Shown here one piece after another: positions 52,840 to 64,000 of a stretch of DNA of 64,000 nucleotides. Made by a program: the position numbers and the translations under genes. The notes under the pieces were generated by a model. It saw nothing but the letters and a program-made list of their open reading frames with translations. It had not been told where the DNA came from and made no database searches. The DNA lies in the NCBI GenBank assembly GCA_003971905.1, contig RSEE01000032.1, positions 62,001-126,000 of the forward strand, in the 5' to 3' direction. Source of the DNA: Moniliella sp. 'wahieum'. Taxonomy: Eukaryota. The number at the start of each line of letters is the position of its first letter. Positions within the stretch are counted from its first letter, which is position 1.

Positions 52840-55800
52840 ATGGCCGACCCGCCGGGTGGCGCCCCGCCGGCTGTCCAGCGCGTCGTCCGCGTCCTGCCCG
52901 CTCCAACCCCCCATCACGGCCGCCGCCTCTGTCTCCACTTCGGCCTCGGCGACGACGAGCGGCCCACCGACACCATCGCCCCCTCCCGCACCTCCACTGC
53001 CCCGCACCCGCGCCCACGCATCACCTGTGTGCTCTCTCCGTCCAGAACGGCCGTGCGGTGCCCACCGCCTCCTGGCCTCGACTCGCTCCTGCCTCCTCCT
53101 CGACGCCGCCTTGCTCGCAGGCCGCAGAGGTCCCCCCCGCCCGCTCCCCCACTCCTTCTCCCCCTCCGCCTACCGTCCCCACTGGCGCCAGCGCGGACGA
53201 CGACAAGCGAAGCAGGGGCACGCTCCTGCAGCGTCTTCCCACTCTATTCCACCCCATTCGCCCGCGCATGACCGCCGCGCTACCCTCACCCCCGTCACGC
53301 TGGATGCTGTGGGCCGCATCCTCGCCCCTACCGCTCTGTCTCTTCCACCTGGCCTGGGTGCTCCGTCCAAAAGCACCCAACCTTCCCACAATGGTGCCTC
53401 CTCACCCCCGTTTGCACCTTCTTTCCCCCGCATGGTGGGATCGACCGTGCCGACCGAGTCGGAGCTCGAGTACCCCCTGTGCTTGACCCTCGGTAGGTCA
53501 GCCAACCTACTCGCACGCCGTGAACGTTGTCGTGCATCCTGTGCCGCCAGCCTGCACAACTTCCCTTCCTCGGGCCATGGACCAACATTACATTGGCCCG
53601 CGGAAGCGGATCTACCAATGGGCCCAACGTCGTTCTCGTCCTGCTCTTCTAGCCCACATTTCCTCTTGGCTTGCTGGCAGCGATGAGGACGATACGACCG
53701 TGCCGCCTGACTACGGGCTGCATGGCGCTTCCCGCATTTTACCCCCAGCGCTAACCAGTCAAGAAAAGGAAGCCTGAAGTCCAGCCTACGGCGAAGGAAA
53801 CCGAGCTGGATCCTAACCATGGACCCGGATCAGCCAAACGACCCAAGCTCCATGGTGCCACCCCTGCCTCGACCCGCGTCCACCCGCCTCGGGTACATGC
53901 TTGCGAGCCTCTCCGGATACGGCTTGCACCCCATGGTTGCACACGTCTTGTCGCGGCGTGCTTGGGACGTGACTGTGGCGGAGCGGAAGCGAGCCAGGCA
54001 AGGTGGGCGCATGGACAGTTCCGTTCCGTGCACACCTCGTCTCTCGGCCTCACAGCAGGAGACCGCTCGCGAACGTCCAAGCGCCGACGTGGTGTGCCTC
54101 CGCGCACGCCTATGGGCCGAGACCGGTACGTGGTATACGATCGGCCAACGCCTCTCCCGCTCAGCCTCCCGCTTCGCTCCCGATCTACTTCGCGCAACGT
54201 ATGGGACCGTCTTGGTTCCCACACCGACTCGGAGTCCGACTCCGAGTCCGACTTCTCCCACCGTCGCACCCGTTCGGGTCGGGGGGACGAACGGGGCGAT
54301 TGCGTGTGCGGTTTGCCGGACCACGTGGGACCTATGGTCCTATGTGATGGCTGCCAGTGCTGGTTCCACCAAGCGTGCGTTGAGTTCAACAGTGAGGAGA
54401 ATGTTGACTTGCTGTGGTTTTGCGCTGGGTGCAACGTGCGTCGCAAGCCAAACCCTTCGGATCCGAATGGTACTTGTACCCACCCTAGTGCCATCATGTC
54501 CACCCCGCCTCCGCATCCAGCTCTTCGGTCGACCACTACCTTTTCCCGGCCCGGCTCGCTCCACTTCGGCTCACAGCCCCACCACGCCCTCGCTTCCATC
54601 GTGGATGGTGAGCGCACCCTGGTCAGCATATAGCCCCGCCACGCCGTTGTACCTCCGTACCACGGGGATCTTGATGGAAGAGTCTGACCTTCGCACCTTT
54701 GCCGGACCCGGGACCGAGACCGGCACCGGGACCGGGACGGAACCGAGGACAAAGCCCGTTTCTCCCCCGTTCCCGGGCGAGGGGGACGGGTGCCCCAATC
54801 TCCTGGATCGCCCTTGGCACGCAAAGCGATCGCGACGACGCTTCAACCTCTCTGGAGCTCGTCTGCGCTTGGCCAGGTGGCAGCCATGCCGCCTCTTGGT
54901 CCACCTTTGACCCCACCGCTGGGTCACACGTTCCAAGGGCCTGTGTACACGGCTCGTGCACGAGCGCGGGCGTTGCGTGGGCAAGGGATGCAGCGGACCT
55001 GTCACTGAGCTGTGGGCTGGTGGAAGGCCAGGACGCCGAACCTGATTCCGACAGCTTGACGTTACTGCAGGACGAATGGTGCGCTTCGTCTTCCGCCTCG
55101 CGAGGGGGAGCGTGCGGGACCGAACGGGTCTGCTCTGCGGCCTAGCAAGCTGTCCTCATCGCTGTCCCTTTCGGAGCGTACGTGTCGGCGCGGGGGACGT
55201 GCACTTGGATCCGAAGCGGTGTGCGAGACAGACGAGACAGACGAGACGGACGAGGCGGACAAAGCTGAACTTGTCACCGACCTATTTTCCACCCCTTCTC
55301 GCTTACCCTTAGCCCGACCGGCCCTGTGGACCGACCGATCACCTTCGACCGTGACGCGTTCCGGGTCGGGGGGAGAGTCTGTGCCCCACACCCCCACCCC
55401 GGGCCACTGGGGACTTGCTCCTACCCCGTCCCGCCCCACTCCGCTCCGAGGCATGGGCGGCTCCACCTTGTTCCCCACGCCCATGTGGCCAATATCGAGC
55501 TCACTTCTTCGTACGCCTACGGCGGCCGGCACATCGCTCGGCCCGCGTACACGACCACGGTGGCCTGCCTCGGCCCACTCGCCCGTCTGGTCAACGTCCC
55601 GTCGACCACCCAACCCCAACCTCAACCCCACATCCACCTCCACATCCACCTCCGCATCCACACCCACACCCCCTCCAACCCGGTTGCTTCTCTCGAGCGT
55701 ACCCCCCGGGCGCCCACCTCGCCCGGCCCAAGGCGTTGGCACGCTCCCTCCCCCCCTGTACGAGCCAGGACGCCAGGGTCCAGTTCGTGCGCCAGCCCGA

Positions 55801-56114
55801 GTCCAAGTCCGAGTCCGAGCATAGGGTCCAGCCAGGTGCACGGTAGACCACTGACCCGCCACGGCATGGGCATGACGAGTTCCCCCGCCACGTCGGTGGT
55901 GGGCGTACCTTCCTCGGCGCCTCGTGCGCGGCTGGCAACACCGAGGTTGGGCAAGTGCACCGAAGAGGACGAGAAGGAGCATCGGTACCTCTTGGCTTCC
56001 CCTCGGCATCGGCCAATCGGAGACTGCAGGCGCGCAGCGGTCCCGATACGACCGAGGTCCAGGAAGCTCCGCGGTCGCCTGTGGGTGCCCACCCAGTGGT
56101 CCTGGGCCATCTAG
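52840..56114 (+). CDS. PHD-finger protein, otherwise Pro/Ser/Thr-rich
   Basis: C4HC3 motif CVCGLPDHVGPMVLCDGCQCWFHQACVEF..WFCAGC at ~54300-54432. Ends approximate. Confidence 0.75.
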
Positions 56115-56889
56115 CTTCCTGAGCAGCGCCGAGGGGCGCGATGATGGATGAACGGGATGCGATGAACTTGATGAACGTCGTACGTGGTGTGCACCAAGCC
56201 GTCTTTCCTTTTTGGTTCCTGCTGTTTTTTTTCTTCTCGATATGCTGTTGATTGATGTTGATCATGTTGGTCCTACGTTGGTCAACGTGATCAGCGACTG
56301 TGGTACTGTGTGTGGCCTCTCTCTCTTGTATATGTCTATGTTGCGACTCTGTTCCTGTCTTCTCAAACGTTGTTCTTTACCTGTACCCTTCCCCAGCCGC
56401 GCTCTTGAGCAGCAAAGAGCACACTGTTGGTTCTGTTTATTATTGTACATCAGCAATCGTATGCTTGCGGACTTGGACTCGAGGGATGCGTCCCCTACTA
56501 TGCACTACCAGGTGGGCGGGACGGTGAACAAAAAAGTAAGCCAAAAGGAGGTGTGTTTGCGGCGAGCCGACGGTTAGTTGCTCATTTTTCTGTAGTATGC
56601 AGTGTGGAGGGTACTGACGCGGGGCCTCAGCCTACTATTGTGCGCCTAATATAAACCGACCTGCGCATCCGGCATGTTGTGCTTGTTGGCGCCAAACCCG
56701 TGTAGGAAACCGTCAAGGGAGCCGGCAGCAAGTCAAGACGCTCTGGCGCCCACCATTCGCTTCCAAACCGGATGTTGCCCGCACAGGCTTCCTATTTTGA
56801 CTGTTTCTTGCCGCCGAGGAAATCCAAGTGTACAGTTGAACGTTGCTTCTGGGCTCATTGATCATCAACCACAATACAACCGTCGGTTC

Positions 56890-57776
56890 CGTTAAAGTTC
56901 TCTGCAGTGGCACCTGCAGCCCCTTCTCTCACACATCTTCCTATACAGTGCTGGCTCTGTATCGTAAAAGCGTTCGCAATGCACGCGCCGCCCGTGGGGG
57001 CAACAACAGTGATGTAAGATGTAATCATTGGCCTCGTTGGCCGTAGTGCGCTTGGGGCGCAACGTACTCGTAAAGTCCACAGGCGAGAATCCTTCCATGC
57101 GAAACGTCCTTCCTACCCAAGGGGGTTTTGTCTCCCGTCGGACTCGTCGAACGTTCAAAAAGACGGACACGCCACTCTCGCCCAGCACATTGTCTACCTT
57201 GCCACCCACATCTTCTGTTTCCCAAAGGGTGGACTCTGTCCAAGCTTGCCGGAACCTCTGGGGTGAGAACGGCAATGGAGGATTCGCTGGTGATAATGTG
57301 CGTGGGTGATGAAGGACAACGGATGAACTGTGGAGGAACAGCGGACCATCATCGAGGGGGACCTTACAACACCCAACGCGGGTCATAGGCTCGATGGCCC
57401 TCTTGTGGTAATGAAAGAGTAACAATACTAGCTACGCGTTCCCCTCTACCCCCCTTCATCCCAGGAATCCCGCACAGCAAGACGAGATTGGCCAAGCATG
57501 GCCCAAGAAACGACATGCACTCTCTGCATCGCAAGCTCCCCAAACATGGTCCCTGGTTCGCACGGAACCTTGGGGGTCACTTTCATGGCACGTGGCTGGC
57601 TAGCAGGGCCGGAGGATGGTAACTGAACAAGCGCGAATTGAGCGGCAATTCCTCCTAAACAGCGGTCGGTGCCGAAAGCCGAAACGCAAGCAACGGCCAC
57701 CAAGGTACACGTTAAACGGCAGTCCGCGGGCGCGGTCCAAGAACGCACGAGGAGACTGCGGTGGAAAGAATCCATG
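56890..57776 (-). CDS. Possible orphan gene in a lower-GC patch
   Basis: Tandem minus-strand ORFs 57446-57796 and 56892-57425 with a plausible intervening intron; no recognisable domain. Confidence 0.25.
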
Positions 57777-59041
57777 GGCCGGTAACCGGTAACCACTCCG
57801 TACTCCCCCCCCTGTCCAAATCAGGACAGAATCACACGTCAGACGAAATCAAGACTGCCGCAGCAGTAAGAAGAGCAACAGTCGCAACAGCAGCGCCGAT
57901 CCAGAGGCGTTCGCCCTTGCTCAGTGGCTCTGGCCCCGTCGGAGCCGGGACGCGGCGGGAAGGAGGGGGCTCTGCATGGCTCAGCGCATGGGAGAAGGGG
58001 TGTGGCAAGGGGTGAGGATGACCGCATCGGGCGGGGCGGAAAGGGGGTGACCTGGTGACGCGGGACGCGGGATGCGGGACGCGATTGGACCAATGGGGGC
58101 TGCGGATGGGCCGCGGGGCGCGAATGCTGGCGACTGCTGGGGGGGCGCCGCAAGAGTATCTCACACCGTCGGGCGTGACGACCCGGCAGCTCTGTCAAAT
58201 GTTCAGTGTGCAATGTTGCAATGCCCCGGCCGGCGATATGAACAGTTGCGACATCAACCGCCGCGGCACTCTTGCATGTCGAAGGAGCACCGAATGATGG
58301 GGGAACGCGAGCTGGTGAATCCGGAGCCTCAGGTGCTCGGCGCTCAGGCGCTCAGGCGCTCAGGGAGGTCGGTGCATGAATAACTGAGGACGAGTGGAGC
58401 AACATGATGTGTGCATGTAACGCGTGATCGCGTGTGTAAGTGGAGCATTCTTTATCTCCGTTCCACCTTGGGTGGCCCATGGGTGGGCCGGACGTAAGCG
58501 TCGCGCAAATGGTATAACCACATCGTTCAACCAGAACACCAGTCCTATTCTGCCCCTCCCGTCGGACAACACGACAGCGGGCATCGAGCCTCGCCGCCCA
58601 GACGAGCCAAGCCCCGCGTGCTGCGAATTGTGATTCGGGTGCAGAACACCCCTACGGCCGTTATGGCCGTTCAATGTTCAATATTCTTCTGCTAGAAGTT
58701 CGTTCGGCCAGTTGTGGTCCGTAATCGATTAATCGAGGTAATCGAGAATCCTTAATCACCTCAGGCTCTCACCGGTCACCGAGTAGTCACCGCGCCTAAC
58801 CACGCCACGTCCCCCTCGGGCTCGGCACTCCGTGCCTGGTTCTCAGTGGGCTGCTCGCTCATGAGGGCGCTGAGGCGCTGAGGCTCAATTCGGCCTGGTG
58901 AGTTGGCACCTCCAATGGCGGCCAGCGGGCTAGTACTCGCATAAAACGCGGCCCACCAGCCCAACGACTTCACCTTGTTCCACCCAACTTCTGCTTTCGC
59001 GTTCACCCCTGCACTCCCCCCCCATACCCATACCCATACTC

Positions 59042-60235
59042 ATGCCAGGCCTGTTTGACTCTGTCCGCGTTGGCGCCGCTACGGCGATCAACCGCATTGC
59101 CATGGCGCCCATGACCCGCGCCCGTGCCACGCGCGAGGGTGTGCCGACGCCAGTCATGGCCGAGTACTATGGCCAGCGTGGCGATACTGGCATTATCATC
59201 ACTGAGGCCACTGGGATTTCGCGCGAGTCTGCCGGCTGGCCCAACGCGCCGGGTATTTGGACAGCTGAGCAAATCGAGGTGCGTCCTCCTCCTTCCTGTG
59301 TGCCTCGAGGCTGTGGTACATACCTTGGTTGATTTGCTGACCCGAACAATGTGCGTTCTGTTTCGACAGGGCTGGAAACCCGTTACCAAGGCAGTTCATG
59401 CCAAGGGCGGGTTGATCTACATTCAGCTGTGGCATATGGGCCGAACGGCCGCACCGGACGTGACGGGTGTGCCGATTATCAGCGCGAGCGACATCCCATT
59501 GGAAGGACAGGTGCACGGGTACAGCGGCAAGATGGATGCGGCCAAGCCCAAGGCTGCCACGCTGGAGGACATTGCACGGATTCAGAACGACTTTGCGCAA
59601 GCGGCCAAGAACGCGGTGGAAGCTGGGTTTGATGGTGTGCAGTTGCACGCTGCCAACGGCTACTTGGTCGAGCAGTTCCTCAAGGCGAGCGCCAACAAGC
59701 GTACGGACCAGTACGGTGGTTCGCCAGAGAACCGCGCGCGGTTCTTGTTGGAAACGGTGGAGAAGCTGGTGGCTGCGATCGGGGCGGACAAGGTTTCCAT
59801 TCGTCTTTCTCCCAACTCGGTCATCCAAGGCTGCCTGCCCGACGAGGACAACGCGGCTCTGTACTTGCCGGTGGTTAAGCGGCTGTCGGAGCTGAACCTG
59901 GCGTTTTTGGAGGTGCGGGAACCGCGGCCGAAGGATGACCCGACCCCGATGCCTCGGTTCGATACTTCCGAGTCCCCTCGTTTGAGCAGCAAGATCCGCG
60001 AAGCGTACAAGGTGTGTTTATTATCAACCAAGAGTTCACCGCCGACGAGGCCAAGGAAGTTATCTCGTCGGGTAAGGCAGACCTTGTTGCTTTTGGCCGG
60101 CCGTTCATTAGCACCCCGGACCTCGTAACCCGTCTTCGTGACAACATTCCCTTCTCCGCCGAGAGCGACATTTCCACTTGGTATGCCCCCGTTGGCGGCA
60201 AGGGGTACACCGACTACCCCACCGCTAACCTTTAA
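59042..60235 (+). CDS. Old yellow enzyme family ene-reductase (NCR/NemA-like)
   Basis: NRIAMAPMTRAR, QLWHMGR, AGFDGVQLHAANGYL, RTDQYGGSPENRARF, FGRPFISTPDL, GYTDYP; intron 59279-59369. Confidence 0.95.
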
Positions 60236-61158
60236 CCCTGGGAATCACGAGAACATGCAACGCTTTTTTGTTGAGCCACCACGGGTGGATCCTGGATTTT
60301 GGCCAACGTCCCTTCAGTCCTTTCTTAGGCCTAGAGTTCTCCATTGTTTTCTCATTTCCGTTTTCCTTGTTCCGCAGCCTAGCCCTTTATGGCGAGCTGG
60401 TTGATGTGGTTTCTTTGTAGGTGTTGTCAGTTGGTTAGAGCGCGTCCAATACCACCACCTGGCACTGGTGCGTTTGCATCACTCTCGACGACCATTTTGA
60501 CTCCAGGTCTCATCATTTTCACCTTTTCGAGACCCAAGATTTACAAATGAGGTAGGGATACCATGTGAGGCGTTGTTAGGAGAGGCGAAGCGCGCAGGGC
60601 TGAGGAGATCTGCTGGGAACAGTAATAGCATCACGGAAAACAAGCAACTGATTGAGCTACGCCGGGGATCAATGAGCTATTGGCACGCCTGGAAAGAACC
60701 AGCAGCGTCCAGTGACGTGTAACCCTGTACGTTGGCACGTCCAACTAGAACAAGGGCAGACATGTGGGGTCCGGAGTCCCGAGGCCTGAGGCCTGAAACC
60801 TGAAAGTGGATCTGACGCATGAGATGGCCATGAAGCTTCAAGCTTCAAACTTCAAGCTTCAAGGTGGATATCCGCCTTCGGACTAGCCAACCCACAACAC
60901 TTCGGAAACGCCCCGTGGAACTCCGAAACATAATCGGACTGAAGAGGGGCCAAAGGGGCCTTGGCACCAAAAGCCGCAAGCCGCCACATGGCGCCTATTG
61001 AAGAGGCCGATAAAAGGTCGATAAGGTGAACCCTATTTTGGTCGTAACCGGTAACCCCACTCTGTTCTGCCCCTTGCAACAAAACATATTTAACCTCGGT
61101 CCAATTCCATCGACCATCGACCATCTCGACCATCCGGCTGCGGTATCCCACGTCCACC

Positions 61159-61882
61159 ATGTCCCACGACTCTGCTCCCTCCCCCTCATCCCCAGACGCG
61201 AACAAGGAGGGCAAGGTTGAAGGCGTGTACAGCTACATGGCCGGGGGCATGTTTGGCCCCGAACCGAACACCACGGATGGGGTAACGATCTTCTACCTCA
61301 CCGTCGGCCAGAGGCCATCTCGCCTGAAGCAGATGCGTTTCTGCGCGGACCCAAAGGCTTGGCCACCACCTACTTTTTTCCAGAAACCGACCAACCGTTA
61401 GAGCTGGATCAAGCTAGCACCTTCAGGTTTGTCCCGTGGGAGGTACGCTGCACCTAATTCTTTCCTTGTCCTCTTCTTTCAGTTGGTTGTTGGTGTGGTG
61501 TGCCTACCACTGTGAGTAGTATCCAATATGGTTCGCTGACCCGGGCAGACCAGCATGACGAAGATGGAACATTGGAGGATGCCGTACGCATTGCCAAGGA
61601 ACGTCTCGATGCGGAGGTAGAGCAGGATCGCTTTGAGCGCACGCCGTGCTTTTTCTTCGATGCGCTCTCTCCGGTGGACAAGTGTCTGATGGGCATCGAG
61701 TTAGCTGTGGACTGGTACTATCTGTACCCCCCTGGATACGGCGGGGTGACTTTTTGACGCGCGGCCGTATCCCCGTTGATCAGATGCCCGCCGTGTTGCT
61801 CGACTTGATGGTCAGGCGTCGCTGTCTTAGCGAGTGCTTCGAAAATGTGGGAACCGTCATTGAGGTGGATATTACCGAGTAA
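61159..61882 (+). CDS. Small hypothetical protein with one intron
   Basis: ORFs 61159-61401, 61500-61757 and 61646-61882 join via a gtacgc..ctgac..cag intron (~61443-61548) and frameshifts. Confidence 0.5.
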
Positions 61883-62161
61883 TGGCAGACGCGCCCCTGT
61901 GGATCATTCGTCCGAAGGTTTCCCCTGGCCATTCCTACTACCCACGGCTCACATGATGCATGGCTCCAAGTTCAAAGGTCCCTTGGCCGGCCCTCTACTG
62001 TTCTACAGCAGGCCTACTACGCAATTTAAGTTTTCCTGTTTCGTTGACAACACAGTCGGGCGCGAGTCGCGATGGTGCGCCCGACCGAGCAATGCAATGC
62101 ATAGTATATGGGGAATAAACACAAGTCACTTAATGGGCAAAGCAGGTCCAGGCACATTTGC

Positions 62162-63287
62162 TTAGAAGTCGTTGCCGTACGAGTTGTTGTTGTTGTTCCC
62201 GTACGAATTGTTGTTGTTCCCGTACGAGTTGCTGTTGTTCCCGTACGAGTCAGAGTTGGAGTTGCCGTACGAGCTGTTGTTGTTGCCGTATGAGTCGGAG
62301 TTGGAGTTGCCGTACGAGTTGTTGTTCCCGTACGAGTCCGAGTTGGAGTTGCCGTACGAGTTGTTGTTGTTCCCGTACGAATCGGAGTTCTTGCTCCCGT
62401 ACGAATCGGAGTTGTTGTTCCCGTACGAGTTGCTGTTGTTGTTGTTGCCGTACGAATCGGAGTTGGAGTTTCCGTACGAGCTCGAGTTGTTGTTGTTGCC
62501 GTACGAGTCGTTGCCGTAGGACGAGTTGTTGTTGCCACCGTACGAGTTGTCATCGTCCTTCTTGTGGTGGTGTTTGCGGCCCGAGTCATCGTTGCCAGAG
62601 GAGCCGTAGCTGTTGTGTTTTTGCCACCGAACGAGTCCGAGTTGGAGCCGTAGGAGTTGTTGTTGTTGTTGTTGCTGCTGCCGTACGAGTCAGAGTTGTT
62701 GTTGCCGTTGCCGTACGAGTCAGAGTTATTGTTGCCGTAGGAGTTGTTGTTGCTGTTGCCGTACGAGTCAGAATTGTTGTTGCCGTACGAGTTGTCGTTG
62801 TTGCCAAACGACGAGCTGTTGTTGTTACTGTTCCCGTAGGAGTTGTCGTTGCCGAAGGACGAGGAGTTGTTGTTGCCGTACGAGTTGTCATCGTCCTTCT
62901 TGTGGTGCTTGCGACCAGAGTTGTCGTTGGAGGAGCCGTACGAGTTGTTGTTGTTACTGCCGTACGAGTCAGAGTTGTTGTTGCCGTACGAGTCAGAGTT
63001 GTTGTTGGTGCCGTACGAGTCAGAGTTGTTGTTGTTGTGCTGCCGTACGAGTCAGAGTTGTTGTTCCCGTAGGAGCTGGAGTTGTTGTTGCTGCTGCTGT
63101 TCCCGTAAGAGCCGTTGTTGCTGTTGCCACCAAAGGTGCTAGGGTCAACACCCAGCTTTTGGGCGGCCATGTTTTCAGCCTGGTTGAGAGCGAAGTCCTT
63201 AGCCTATTTGGGCCGGGGGTTAGGATTGGACACGAGCGCGCGGAGGAGAGGGGGGAGCAAGAAACGCACTTGGTCAAAGAGGCCCAT
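62162..63287 (-). CDS. Asn/Ser/Gly/Tyr-rich SYG-repeat low-complexity protein
   Basis: MGLFDQ, intron 63204-63269, AKDFALNQAENMAAQKLGVDPSTFGG, then many SYGNNN(SD) repeats ending NSYGNDF-stop. TATA-like TATATA upstream (~63377). Confidence 0.85.
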
Positions 63288-64000
63288 GATGAAGAAGCGG
63301 GTACTGGTCAGGCGGACAGGCGGTGAGGTGGGGGAGATGAGGTGAGTGAGGTGGAGGCAACTGTGTGGGAGGGGGCTATATATGCATCTCGTCCCGCCGG
63401 AGAAGAAGGCGGGTGAGAAAGAAGAACGGCGCACGCGCAGACATGGTCCGTGCCACAGGTGCTGTGCGCAGGGCGCTGCGCACTGCTGGGCACTCGGCAG
63501 CTTCGGCACCACCTGTCACACATGTCACAGGTCACAGGTCACAGGTCACATGTCACATGACACGCGTCACACACGTCCCGCGCCACCACCACCCAGTGTG
63601 CATTGCCACGCGTCTGCACCATGTACGTCATCGTCGGCATCGATCACTAATCAGAATCACCCGATCACCCGTCTCTACCACCATCCATCACGCAGGTGTG
63701 CTGCCAGGGGAGGCGGCGTGGTGGGCGCTGGGCCGCTGGGCTGGACTGGCCAGGAAAATCGGCAATCGATCATCATGCACCATACATCATGCATCAATCT
63801 AGGCTGTGTGTGGCTGTGAGGCAGTGCGGGGCGGCAGGATGCAGGAACGGCCAGGCGCTCGGCGCAATAGGGAGGCTGTGCTACGCGGCATGAGAGTTGA
63901 AAGACTGACCCCCTGGGCATAGTGCAGCTGGGGCGGAAAAGAGCCACGCTGCCGCACTTCGGCCCGAGTCTGACGGCCTGACATGTGACCGGTGACGCGT

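Noticed and set aside
1578..60235. Pseudogenes or programmed frameshifting in VMA2, RPB6, KAP123, RPT2, GND1, G-beta and others
   Set aside because: Breaks hit nearly all genes, including essential ones, while the protein sequence stays conserved. This indicates sequencing indels.

Overview
Eukaryotic, fungal DNA. Short GT-AG introns with CTRAC/CTAAC branch points, a Zn2Cys6 factor, PacC/Rim101 and GC-rich coding point to a basidiomycete, perhaps a smut-related yeast; that assignment is inference. Nearly every conserved gene is broken by several 1-nt frameshifts, best explained by uncorrected long-read indels, so gene ends are approximate. Core genes in order: F-box protein, VMA2, pacC/RIM101, RPB6, DEG1/PUS3, an amidase, BUD20, KAP123, TAE1/NTM1, RPT2, GND1, a large acidic protein, SF3B5, a Zn2Cys6 factor, G-protein beta, a PHD protein and an old yellow enzyme. 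Main items for follow-up: (1) an ~8.6 kb compositionally distinct island (10.8-19.4 kb) of about four orphan genes, with a Helitron-like 3' end, an imperfect CACTA-like inverted repeat pair and a hairpin plus 26-bp repeat array, but no recognisable transposase; (2) an old yellow enzyme resembling alphaproteobacterial NCR/NemA-type reductases but carrying a spliceosomal intron; (3) a candidate box C/D snoRNA in a KAP123 intron; (4) an Asn-rich SYG-repeat prion-like protein; (5) pervasive 7-bp-period stutter repeats of many different sequences in non-coding DNA.
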